The notes under the pieces: generated by a model
What the model was told of the DNA's origin: nothing
The model's input: only the letters and a program-made list of their open reading frames with translations
Database searches by the model: none
Assembly: GCA_038087875.1 (NCBI GenBank)
Contig: CM075987.1
Location: 28,398,001 to 28,462,000, forward strand
Origin: Malacoraja senta
Taxonomy: Eukaryota
Reading direction: 5' to 3'
DNA: 64,000 nt
Shown here: piece by piece, positions 11,930 to 25,000 of the stretch
Numbering within the stretch: position 1 is the stretch's first letter
Layout of the letters: the number at the start of each line of letters is the position of its first letter
Made by a program: the position numbers and the translations under genes

Positions 11930-12765
11930 AGAGGCTGGAAGTCAGTGGAAGGTGATGACAGAAAGTTCAGAGGTTGAATAGTATGCAGCAGCAGTTCACG
12001 GACCGAGGAAGGACTGTTGGATTTAATGTATTTTAATGCGAGGAGCCTGACAGGTAAGGCAGATGAAATTGCGGCGTGGATAAGTACGTGCGACTGGGAT
12101 GTTGATGTTGTTACGGGCACCTAGTTAACAAAGGGTCATAAATCATAGGAGCAGAATTAGGCCAATCGGCTCATCAAGTCTACTCCGCCATTCTATCATG
12201 GCTGATCTATCTCTCCCTCCTAACATTCTTCTGCCTTCTCCCCATAACACCTGACACATGTACTAATGAAAGGGATAAGACTGGCACTGGAGGAATAAAG
12301 TGCAGATTAAAGAGGAGGGGGTGATGTTTTATAGATTAAGTAGAATGTCGCAGCAGTTGTCTGAGATAACATTACTGATAGTTCATCCAGCCAGTCTGTA
12401 TGGGGATGATGACAATGTTGGGAGTGTAGAACAATTAGAAGAACAAATATGCCAGGAGATAGCAGGCAGCTGTCATAATAAGGTTGTCATAGTAGGAGAT
12501 TTTAACTTTCCCAATATGGACTGGGACTGTCATAGTGCCAGGGGCTAGGACGGAGTGGCAATTGTTATTTATGTTCAGGAAAGTTTCCTCAACAATATGT
12601 AGAGGGCCCTACCAGGGAGAGGAAAAGATTGGTCTACTCTTGAGAAATTGAGAAGAGCAAGTGCGTGAAAAGTGGGCGGACGAGCCTTTGAGATCAGCGA
12701 CCACTGTTCTATTAGTTTTAAAATAGTAAAGACAGGCGGGCCCACAAGTTAAAATTCTGAATCTG
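11930..12765 (+). mobile_element. Old CR1 endonuclease fragment
   Basis: YFNARSL and VIVGDFNFPNMDW motifs. Confidence 0.7.
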
Positions 12766-12769
12766 AGGG

Positions 12770-13003
12770 ATGGCGCAGTGGTGCAATAGTAGAGTTGCTG
12801 CCTTACAGCGCCAGAGACCTGGGTTCAATCCTGGCTACTGTCAGGTGCTGTCTGTATGGAGTTTGTACGTTCTCCCCGTGACCGCGTGGGTTTTCTCAGA
12901 GTGCTCCAGTTTCCTCCCACACTCCAACGGTGGGCAGTTTGTAGATTAATTGGCTTTGGTAAGAATTGTAAATTGTCCCTCATGTGTTGGATAGTGCTGG
13001 TGT
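12770..13003 (+). mobile_element. V-SINE (HE1-like), 3'-truncated
   Basis: Same head and core as the 34 kb copy. Confidence 0.8.
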
Positions 13004-13436
13004 ACCTGGACTGTGTGTCGTGGGCAGTGGACGTCTCAGAACCCAACACACTGAGGGGGACTATAGTTTTGCACTCCCCCCATAGAGCAGGGGAGTTAAC
13101 CCTGGTCAGAGTTCATCTGAAGAGTCCCCCCCACCTGAGTGCTACAGTTCCAACCGAACAATCTCGGCATGGGAATGCCTCTGCCCAGCGGAGTCATCAA
13201 TCAGTAACTGATCGGTAACTTTTATTTTGAGACTAGTGCAAGGGTCCTATGAAATCTACCCATATATGTTTGTCAACACGCAGTACATACTCTACCATTT
13301 TGCTCATCAACTAACTGATACTGCCCTTAACTCCCCTGCTCTAAGACACGCACTGTTCTATGGGGACAGTGGAAAACTATAGTTCCCCTCACTGTGTTGG
13401 GTTGTAAGACATACACTGCCCACGTCACAGTCAAGT
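13004..13436. mobile_element. Foldback/MITE-like element with ~100-bp imperfect inverted repeats
   Basis: GACTGTG..CGTGGGCAGTG...AACCCAACACA.TGAGGGG.ACTATAGTTTT...AGAGCAGGGGAGTTAA is mirrored at 13326-13436. Confidence 0.65.
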
Positions 13437-15893
13437 GCTTAAGCACATCAGTGCAGCCCAGCTACCACTGGACTTTGCCTAGTTGAATAGTATGCAACTG
13501 GCCTCATTCTGTCTCCATGGTTTTGTGATACAACTGCTGTATAACGTCCTCTCTCATTAGTACAGTACAAACGGGAGGATTTAGTCAACTCTGGGAGTCC
13601 CAGAGGTGGGGGAGGAGGTCAGGGCTTGCTGGATTTTTGCATATCCCCAAGTTTGTTGACCCCTCCAAGTCTACTTTCTTGAATGTTTGCCTCTTTTGGT
13701 GATTTTTTCTCAAAACCTTTTTTGTAAGAAATAATCTGACCTAATCAGTATTGCATGGGTGCTCATTTGCATTTTACCAGACACATGCTGAACTTCAAGC
13801 ACTTACATATTTGCATTTGAGGAGACAGGAACCTGGTTACACTGATTACATCAAAACAAGCTTTCCCAAAAGAACTAAAATACTGAAAATCAGTGATCCA
13901 TAACTCGAGCAATATCTTTAAATCTGTTGGTAATGCATTGTTGTTAAAAAAAAAAGCAATGTTTAAGATGACTCCAAATTGTTCCAATCTATCTCCCAAA
14001 ATACCAAATTTAAATTTTCAGTATAAATGTATACTAATCACATTTCCCCAAATGCCAGTATATTTCTGAAGTTTTGGCATCCCATGTCTGGAAAAGAGAC
14101 ACTCATATTCCTAACACGTTAACCTGGATTCCATGTGGAATCAGGCTCTCTCTTTGAAATCAATTCAAAAGGAAAGAAATAGAAAAAGAAAACAAAACCA
14201 AGTGAAAAGATGGATAGGACAAAATAAAACTGAATGCTTGCACATCTCCATCATTAAAACCTTTGCAAAAAAAAAATGTTGGCAGTTAATTTCAGAAATG
14301 AAAGAGTTAATTTCTACACTGAAAGCTTCAAACAATAAAAATAAATAGGTTAGAGCTCCCTCCACCTCCCACAACTCTTAAAACAACACTGCCTCGTCTG
14401 AAGAAGGGTTTCGGCCCGAAACGTTACCTATTTCCTTCGCTCCATAGATGCTGCTGCACCCGCTGAGTTTCTCCAGCATTTTTGTGTACCTACTGCCTCT
14501 TTAATCACTGGAGTTACTGCCAATTTATTTCACATGCATGGTCAGAATTATTCAGTCCATGGGTTTATCCATCTATTCCATTCTCCCAGAAATGATTTAA
14601 CAAACAAGTAACATCCTTTTTGCTCACTTCATGTTTCTTTCATTTCTTGTACAAATCACGTTGCCACAAGGCCTGCTGTATGCTGAATCTCACAGACCAT
14701 TCCCTGACCTCAAATGCAAGATAACTTTCACTCAAAAATCCAAAGAGTAAAACACAATCACACATACAAGAAATCATTCAAACCTTTCAGGCTTTGATAT
14801 TTCAGAATATTGCAAGATATTGTTTATGCAAACATACATTTAAACCTCCCCACATCAACCCAGAACCCATCAGCTTCCAAGAAGGCACACCAACACCTCT
14901 ACCTCCTGTGGAGACTGAGGGAATTTGGCATGTCTCCAGTGACCCCTACAAACTTTTACAGATGCATCATAGAAAGTACACTGCTGGGCTGCATCACAGA
15001 TTAGTTTGGGAGCAGCTCTGTTCAAGGCAGCAAGAAATTCCAGAGAGTTGTGGCTGTAGCCCAGTCCATCACACAGACCAGACTTCCCATTAACTCCATC
15101 TACATTTCACGCTGCCAAAGTCGGCATTGAACAGGGATGTGGGGGACTTGTTGTTAGCAATGCTACCCACCTTTACTTTGTAGCCCGTTATAACCTGCAA
15201 GCTTTGCCACAATCTATGGGTATCCGTGTCATTGCCTAACAACTCCTGTTTGGTCCAGAATTGCCTCTTGGCATTCTTAATGGCTCTGCAAAGGTTGTAG
15301 TTAGATTTCTTGTACTCCTTGGGATAGTTTGAGTTGAATGCTGCAGACTTGGACTCCACCTCAGAGTGGAACTGGCGGTATATCCATGGTTTCCAATGGG
15401 GGAATACATATAGAGGTTGGAGATAGAGGATATATAGCAGATGGTAGATTGTAGTTAGTAGATAGTATTTAGTAGATAGAAGATAGGTAATAGATAAAAG
15501 ATAGATAATTGTAGATAGGTCAAGGGTGGGTCGTAGATAGGTCATGGATAGAAAGATGGTAGATACATTTCTGATACAACTTAGGATGGTTTGAGTTAAA
15601 TGCTACAGACTTGGACTTCCCCTCAGTGGACCTCGCGATACATGCGTGGTTTTCAATTGAGGAATACATGTATCTTTTTTGGCCTTCATTAGTCAGGGTA
15701 TTGAGTGAAAAAGTTGGGACATTATATTACCATCGTGCAAGGCGTTGGTGTACCATCCCGAACGGTTAACTTACACACATGCATGCCAGCATCTTACACA
15801 CATGTGTGCTGGGATCTTACGTGTATGAGCACGGGGTCTTACACACATGCAACATACGTGTAATAGCACCAGCATCTTAAACACATGCATCTT

Positions 15894-16877
15894 ATAGACA
15901 ACAGACAATAGGTGTAGGAGTAGGCCATTCGGCCCTTCGAGTCAACCCCGCCATTCAATGTGATCATGGCTGATCATCCACAATCAGAACTCCGTTCCTG
16001 CCTTCTCCCCATATCCCTTGACTCTGTTATCTTTAAGAGCTCTGCCTAACTCTCTCTTGAAAGTATCCAGAGGACCAGCCTCCACCGCCCTCTGAGGCAG
16101 AGATTTCCACAGACTCACAACTCTGTGAGAAAAAGTGTTTCCTCGTCTCCGTTCTAAATGGCTTACCCCTTATTTTTAAACTGTGGCCCCTGATTCTGGA
16201 TTCTCCCAACATCGGGAACATGTTTCCTGCCTCTAGCGTGTCCAAACACTTAATAATCTTATATGTTTCAATAAGATTCCCTCACATCCTTCTAAACTCC
16301 AGTGTATACAAGCCGAGTCGCTCCATTCTCTCAGCATATGACAGTCTCGCCATCCCGGGAATTAACCTTGTGAATCTACGCTGCACTCCCTCAATAGCAA
16401 GAATGTCCTTCCTCAAATTTGGGGACCAAAATTGCACACAATACTCCAGGTGTGGTCTCACTGGGGCCCCATACAACTGCAAAGGACCTATTTGCTCCTA
16501 TACTCAACTCCTCTTGTTATAAGGGCCAACATGCCATTTGCTTTCTTCACTGCCTGCTGTACCTGCATGCTTACTTTCATTGACTGATGAACAAGGACCC
16601 CCCCAGATCCCGTTGTACTTCCCCTTTTCCCAATTTGACACCATTTAGATATATTAATCTGCCTTCCTGTTCTTGCCACCAAAGTGGATAACCTCACATG
16701 TATCCACCTTAAACTGCATCTGCCACGCATCTGCCCACTCACCCAACCTGTCCAAGTCACCCTGCATTCTCATAGCATCCTCCTCACAGTTCACACTGCC
16801 ACCCAGCTTTGTGTCATCTGCAAATTTGCTAATGTTACTTTGAATCCCTTCATCTAAATCATTGATGTATATTGTAA
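15894..16877 (-). mobile_element. 5'-truncated CR1 LINE
   Basis: [12 protein letters not shown] and [14 protein letters not shown] motifs, 3' tail at 15894. Confidence 0.9.
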
Positions 16878-16879
16878 TT

Positions 16880-17380
16880 GTGCTCTTGGAGCTGGAATTA
16901 CTGCGGCTGCGGGCACCAGACGCCCTCCAATGGATCCTCGTTAAACTCATTCCAATTCCAGGACCTGGAAACAGCCCGGTATTATTATTTCATATCACTA
17001 CCTCCCCAAGGCAGGAGTGGGAGATTTGTGGCTTCCTTGAATGTGGAGCCGTTTCTCTGGCATTGTGCCCGATTCCTGTTGCCAGCGGTTACCATGGCTG
17101 GCAGATAGTACCATCGCAGTTGCCAGGGCAAACATTCAACATTGGGAGAACCGGCCATCGGTCTCGAGTCACCACAGTCGCATGGTCCAGTTGGTTTGGT
17201 TCCCTAAATGGATTCATCCCTTCCAATAGGACGTTGGTCTGTTAAATGCTCAGATCCTCCCGAACGGGATAGACACAAAATGCTGGAGTAACTCAGCGGG
17301 ACAGGCGGCATCTGTGGAGAGAAGGAATGGGTAAGGTTGCGGGTCCAGACCACGTTGGTCTGCTAAATGCACGCATCCCC
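16880..17380 (-). pseudogene. Degenerate 18S rRNA fragment
   Basis: Colinear antisense matches to conserved SSU motifs: TTGGAGCTGGAATTAC(T)GCGGCTGC.GGCACCAGAC, CCTCCAATGGATCCTCGTTAAA, CACTACCTCCCC, CCGTTTCTC, TAAATGCACGCATCCC. Many deletions; a repeat is inserted at ~17270-17350. Confidence 0.85.
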
Positions 17381-18927
17381 TGCAACTGACCCAGCATTGA
17401 CAGAACCTTGGCAAAATCCAGTCAGATGAAGGGTCTCGATCCAATACGTCACCCATTCCACAATCACAATCACAATCAATTTTATTCATCACATTGCCCA
17501 TAAAGTGCAAGTGAAATGAATTTGCCAGCAGTGGTACAATGATAAAGAACACACAAAAACACACTAAAAATTGAACACAAACATCCACCACAGCATTCAT
17601 CATTGTGGTGGAAGGCACAAAATTTGGCCAGACCTCTTCCAGAGATGCTGCCTGACCTGCTGAATTACTCCAGCATTTTGTGCATCTTATTCTGAAAAGT
17701 TAGTGAAATGTATGAGTAAAATCGTATTTACTGCAAATCTGTGGATTTGAACGCAGAATAACTGTTTCATCAACTGCCATTAAGTAAAAAGAACTTTGAA
17801 ATAACTAGTTGTAAAACACTTTAATATAATGCAAAGCATGCTCTTGAATCCATTGGAAATATGTATTTGATTTCGGTGAGACAGGCGGCTCTCACGGTCT
17901 CTTAGTCTGTGTCAACATTCCTGGCCTTTGGGTGCTTTTGAATGAGCTGTCTGTCAGGCTGACAAAAAAGAACAATTCATTTAGTCAATTTTCACTCTAA
18001 TTATGATTTCAGAGTCATTTTCTTTTCTTGCTGTAGTGTTCAAGCAAAGACAAATGCTAAAAATTAGGTTTGAAATTTAGTCTATTTGAGCTAATCTAAA
18101 TCAAAATAGTGTAAAATGCATTTTTATGTCAGTATTTTGTTGGCTTAGCAAAATATTGCATGTAAATAAAAGGATTCCAATCAGCACTTTAACCCAAAGT
18201 GAATCACATTATTTTCCAATTAAATATTTTCAAATTCCCACGTGATTTTCCCACCAATGCTGGATGTTGCTCAATTATAATCTCACTATTTTAGAATTTA
18301 CTGAAAAATGAAAAGTAACTGAAATGGTTACCTAATCTCCAAAGTTAGTGACTCAGCGCGTGCAACATTACACTGAGACTAGCATGGACATGATGGAGAG
18401 ACCATGGACAGGCTATTCTGTCCAGGCACAGATCACTTTCCATGAGCTCAGCAGCAAATGTAGAGCACTTTTAAGGAGGTTAACATTTAAAAAATCTAAC
18501 CATGATAATATAACATTTAATATCTTTAAGGACATGGCAAGGCCATAGATGTCTACACAGACTTCAGCAAGGCCTTGGTTCTGGTTCTGCATGTTCGGCT
18601 ACCCTGGAAGTTTAGTTCCCATGGGATCCAGGGAGAGCCAGCCAACTGGATTGAGAAACAAGGAACTGCAGATGCAGGTTGACAAAAACAGATGCAGGTT
18701 TTTTGTTTTCAGTTTTTTAAAATAAGAATGCGGCTGCGTGCGTCTTGTGCAAATGATCAAAGAACAAGCTGAGGTAGATCGCAGGGTGAATGGGGAAATT
18801 AAAGAGGTGAGAAAGTTCCTAGTTTGAGACTGGGTTGAATGAATTTGAATGGAAAACCAAAACTGATATCTGGAACTTTGAAATAATATCAGCCTACTTG
18901 GCACTACTCAGAAAGCCAGCACATCAC

Positions 18928-19070
18928 CTCTGCTGAAACACCCTTGGGATTAGTGGTACAGCTGTCTGCAGGCTGGCGTTTAGCTTTGATCTTGCACATT
19001 CAACAACCTTGCTGGCCATGATCTCATCCATTGATTTTCCAGGGAATAGGTGCGTTAGAAGAGGAATAAT
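18928..19070 (-). CDS. TTC16: TTC16 exon (post-TPR)
   Basis: [50 protein letters not shown] acceptor. The 3' boundary (GTGATG donor) is less certain. Confidence 0.8.
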
Positions 19071-22000
19071 CTAAATAGGAAATAGAGAGTAGACCATAAG
19101 TTTCCTTCCAGATCACCACAACCCTGTCATGACCCCTCAGGATTCTAGATATGTTTAAATCTAGTTGCTTCTCTCTCTTGTAAACACCAGCTTGTCTAAC
19201 TTTCCCTCATAAGACAACTCATCCAACCCAGGATTCAGTCCAGTGAACTTCCCTGAATCGCTTCAATGCTTCTATGTCCTTTGAATAAGTCCCAACACTA
19301 TGGGTCTGCTATTCATTCTTGGGAATCACAGTCAGGACCATTGCCTTCATACTGTACCAGTGTCCACTGTTTCTGTTCCCTGGTTCAGTTGTAAGGCTGG
19401 GGCCCCAAACCCACTGACTCAGAGTTGATGACAATCAAGGACAAGAAAGCTCCCCTGAAACAAGGTGACAATATTAAATGCCTCAATCAACCTAATTTGG
19501 GCACAGTGGCGCAGCGGTAGATTTGCTGCTTCATAGCTCCAGAGACCTGGCTTCCATCCTGACTACGAGTGCTGTCTGTACAGAGTATGCACATTCTCCC
19601 TGTGACCACGCAGGGTTTATCCGGGTGCCCCAGTTTCATCCCACACTGCAAAGACTTGTGGGTTTGTAGGTTAATTGGTTTCTGTAAATTTTCCCCAGTG
19701 TGTAGGATAGAACTAGTGCACAGCTGATCGCTGGTCAGCATGGACTCGGTGGGCTGAAGGGCCTGTTTCCAGGTTCCACCTTTAGCTGGCTAGCAGATTG
19801 TGATTTGTCAGCAGTCCTTCTGTGCCACACTCCCATTACAACATTGTCTACTCCTTATAACAAACGTACACCATGGAATGACTTTGAAGACATCCTCGAC
19901 ATGAACATTAAGGGACATCCAAGGCATTAATAACAAGCTATTTAATGATCTAATTCAGAACAATGGATGTTACAAAATTCTTAAGGGGTTGGACAGGCTA
20001 GATGCAGGAAGATTGTTCCCGATGTTGGGGAAGTCCAGAACAAGGGGTCACAGTTTAATGATAAGGAGGAAGTATTTTAGGACCGAGATGAGAAAAAAAA
20101 ATTTCACACAGAGAGTGGTGAATCTGTGGAATTCTCTGCCACAGAAGGTAGTTGAGGCCAGTTCATTGGCTATATTTAAGAGGGTGTTAGATGCGGCCCG
20201 TGTGGCTAAAGGGATCAGGGGGTATGGAGAGAAGGCAGGTACAGGATACTGAGTTGGATGATCAGCCATGATCATATTGAATGGCAGTGCAGGCTCGAAG
20301 GGCCGAATGGCCTACTCCTGCACCTATTTTCTATGTTTCTATGTTTCTATTTATTAGATCCGACCTGCATTTTTACCTGTTTGTTTCTTATGTCCAACAA
20401 CAATGAGGTGACTGCGTCTTCCTGGGACCCAGTGACCTGCATCAGTACCTCCCGTGTTTTTGCCCGGTGAAGATAGTACTGTGACATGTATGGGTTTCCT
20501 TCAATGGCTGTCGTAAATCGTTTCTCTGCCTGCTGATATTTCCTGGGAAAAGTAAACAAAAGGAGATCCGATCAGTATAAAACAAGATGCCTGCCCCGCT
20601 GATCATTATTCTTGTTTTCAAGTACAATGGAGAGACAGGAATTTCAACATTTGTTTAGTGTAAAGATGTGATTTTCCATACATTTGTAGTTTGTAGATCT
20701 AAATGTGGCAGAGATTGGGACTTCTGCTTTTCTACCATGAGTGTTCTAAACATCAGGTCACCTGTGGGGCCTCAACTCTCAGGATCCTTATTACAGTTTG
20801 CTTCTGCAGCACAGTTAGTTGCAGTTCTGCTGACTGAGCAGAGTGCAGGTTTAAGTCTGACCCGTGCCCATGTGCTACTGAAGGAATGCCATCATTTGGA
20901 TGAGAATTAAAATTGAGGCTACTGTGGATGTAAAAGATCATGTGCTTTTATTGTGAAAGGAAAGCAGAGCAGTTATTCCCCGAGTCTCTTGTGGTACCAA
21001 TGTCCCACCTGTTGTGATGGTCCAAAAGTCCCTTCTCATTGTTGATTGCTGCAATGCGAATCTGTATGTGCCAGTCATCAGGATCTAACTCCTGAGCTTG
21101 TTCGTAGTCCAATAGTGCAAAGTCCAGACGACATTGCCTGAGGAAACAATCTGAATCAAATGGAACCGGACACCTCATTTAAAAAAATAATTTGACATAA
21201 TCGAATAACATTTACATTTAAATGCATGCATTAATATTAATGAATGCTCTGAACATAGAACATAGAATAGAACAGTGCAGGAACAGGCCCTTTGGCCCAT
21301 GTTTGTGCTGAACATGATGCTAAGTTAAACTGATCTCACCTGCGTGGACATGATCCATATCACTCTACTACCTGCAAATCCATGTGCCTATCTAAAAGCT
21401 TAAATATCACCATTGTATCTGCCTCCTCCACTACCCTGGCAATGTGTTCCAGGCACCCACCACACATCTCCATTAAACTTTCTCCCTCTCACCTTACACC
21501 TCTAATGTTGGACATTTCCACCCTTGGAAAAAGGCTCTGACCGTTTACCCCATCTATGCCTCAACTGAACTTCTTTTAGTCTCCACTCAGCCTCCGACAT
21601 TCACACATTCTTTGTATTGGCCTCGCTCTGTTCAACTGTGCAACACATGTTGTGGCGAGAACCCCTCAATCTGTTGGCAGTGGTGATGTCACCATTAGCC
21701 ATGGCTGATGTCATTTGGTGTTGCCAGAGATTTATGATCAATGGTTACATGTGTGTTTATCAGTTGCATTGTGTTACTCCGTATGGGCATACCCAATCAC
21801 CTGAGATTAATGGATAGCCTTTACCATGGACGATGGGCAACTCTTTAATCATTTTACTCTCATGAAAGAATTATCAAAATAACACATACTTCAAAACCTG
21901 CTGAGCATGACATCCAAGGTCTTTACTGTGTCTTCAGACTTTTTGAATGAAACAAAGGGGGAGAAATGTATCTTTGGTTCCCATTGCCAAAACCATCCCC

Positions 22001-25000
22001 TTACCTCCCACCTTCAGATCAATAGGACCAAGACTCCGGAGGTACATGCAATTGGCAGTCTTTGGGTTTATGCTAATTGCCTGAGATATCTCTTGATGTT
22101 TGAAATGACCAATTTATATCATAACATTAGGCAGCGCAGAGCTGAGCATGAATGTGTTAATGTAGACATAGAATGTCAGGCAGATGATATTGTGCCACCC
22201 ACTTTGTGACTTTCCATTGTTCTAACATCCAAATAATATTGTTTCCTTTACAACTCTGAACACTTCTAGTAAATCTCCCCTAATTTTGTGCAATCTAATG
22301 TAACGAGCCCCACCTCACAATGGTATCAACTCAATCAAATGTGAACCTCTGTCTCACTTGGAAGGACTGCTGGGCTCCCTGGATGGAGGTGAGGGAGGAG
22401 GTATCGGAGCAGGTGTTACATCGTCTGCAGTTGCAGGGGAAAATACCTGGGGAGGGGGTGAGGGAGGAGGTAGAGGGGCAGGTGTTACATCACCTGCAGT
22501 TCCAGGTGAGACAGGGGTTCACGTGCACCTTCTCTAACCTCATCTGCTGAAACCGGTGTTCCCAATGTGGCTGCCTATATATCGATGAGACGCCATTGCC
22601 AGAGTGAGGCCACACGCAATCTGGAGGAACAGCACCACATATTCCGGTTTGGTAGCTTACAACCCAATGGTATGAACATTCATGAATTCTGCTGTTCAGC
22701 CAATCCATGCTTGTATCTTGCCTCAAATACCATGGTCTCTTATCTCTTAAAGGCTTTCTGAAAATCTAACAACATCCACTGACTCTCCTTTGTCTATCTT
22801 GCTACTTATATCCTCAAAAACGCCAACAAATTTGTCAGCAAGGTCACCCTTTCACAAAACCATACTGACTTTGGTCAATTTTATCATCTGTTTCCAGGTA
22901 CCCCCAAAATCTCATCCTTAATAATGGACTCTTCACTCCAACAGGAACATGCATCATTCTTTTAAAAGTATCCCACTTTCCAGACTTCCTTTGCCCATTT
23001 GCTACTTGACTTGTTGAGTATTCCCAGCATTGTCTTTTTTTTTGAAAAAAATCAAATTACTTGCAAGTGGATAAGAAAAGTTTTACACATAAATGTCAGG
23101 GTGGCACAACAGATGGTGGAGCTACCGCCTCACTACTCTAGCAACCCAGGTTCAATCCTGACCTCTGGTTCTGTCTGTGTGGAGTTTGTACGTTCTTCTT
23201 GTGACTGCCCACATCCCAAAGCTTCTGGGTTAGTAACTGTCAGCAGGTGGGTTACTGGTAGAGTTGTGAACTGATACGGCGTTTTCCTTCTGTATAACTA
23301 TATGATGAAAGCCACATTCTTTCCTTGACTCGATAAGGCAGGCACACCCCTGGCACAAACACGTACCATTAACACAAATGTTAGAAATACATGTACTCTT
23401 ACCCCCTCGGTTAATGTACAACCCTTTTTCCTGCTTCTCTTCCTTAATACTCTGGTTTAAGAGAAGGATTGCCTCCTCATAAAAGCCTTTGTGGTAGCAG
23501 TGCACTGCAAAGTCATTGTAGGTGAGAAGGAGCTGCCTCTGGGTCTCCAGGTAGGTCTCACTTTGCTTCATGTTGCTGACTTTATTTAAGACGTGGAGGT
23601 AGTCATCAATGGCTGCATTAAAATTCTTGCGTCTTCTGAATACGGTCCCCCTGAAAATGTGGAGGAAAATGAAGACTAAGTGAAGGTATTAGAATGTAAA
23701 AGAATAAATAATCAACAATGAGTGTTCAAATTAAAGTGGGATTGGGATTTGCAGGATCTTGCTCACTATTCTATGTTACAAGACCCTTGGATTCATAAAT
23801 CTAATTCCCATCGGAATATTCATACAGAGTGCTGAACTCCCATAATTTCCACAAGTTTGCAGAGATAATAAAATAACAAAAACACATTGTTACAACAAAA
23901 TGGATAAAGTTCCTGAAATACTCAGAAGATCAGGCAGCATCTCTGGAGAATATGGATAGGTGACGCTTCACATCAAGACCCTTCTTCAGGCTCTGATAAC
24001 CTTTCGATGACTTTCCATTAGAACCTTTCATTTGATGCCATAAGAATGTATTGTATGCAAATTTGATATCATTTGAAGTGCTGCATTAAAACGTGGACCT
24101 CAGACAGAGCCAGGAGCAACCCAACCTGCCAGTCCTTTCCAAATCAATAAAATGGGATGATGGAGGACTGCGGTGAAGGAATAATTTTGGTCTTTGGTTT
24201 TTCCTCCAGCACTTTTGTACTATTGCCCATTTTCAGTTCTGAATTAATTGGGTCAGCATGGGCAAGCTAGGCTAAAGGGCCCGTTTCCATGCTGTATGAC
24301 TCTGTGACTCTAACTGAAGTCTTGAATATGCTATGCTGGAAAATGTTGCTTGTGCTTTGATTTGATGTCCATTATTTAATGATTCACTGTGGAATGGATC
24401 AGGAAGGTCATGGACAGTGTTTGTGTGTGTGTGTGTGTGAAAAAACATATTAGAATTAGAATGCTGTTTATTGTCATTTAAACATACAATGTTCAAACAA
24501 AATTACATTCCTGCAGTCATAACAGCAAAACACACAATTAACAACAATCCACACAACCATCCATCACAGTGAATCGCCAAACACCTCCTCACTGTGATGG
24601 AAGGCAAAAGTCTTATCTCTTCCCTGTTCTTTATTCTTATTCTGGCAAGTCGTGTGTGTGTGTGTGTGTGTGTGTTCCGGTTGGAGGCCGCCAGCTCCAC
24701 GATGTTAGGCCCCAACAACAACGGAGACTCGACAGGGAAAAGGTCGTGTCCCTGTGCAGGGAAGAGATTAAAAAGTTTTCCGCCCCGCCCCCCACATATA
24801 CACAACTAAAAATAAAATAAAACTAAAACCAAAAACATACACCCTAACAGGACAAAATGAAAGAAGACAGACGGACTGCAGTCGAACCGCTGCCACACTC
24901 TAATATATATGTGTGTGTGTGTACCTGTGAGCGTGTGTGTGTGTGTGTACCTGTGGGTATGTTATATGTGTATATATATACACACACACATATATATACA

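Noticed and set aside
16880..17380. Functional rRNA gene
   Set aside because: Partial and heavily deleted, with no rDNA context.
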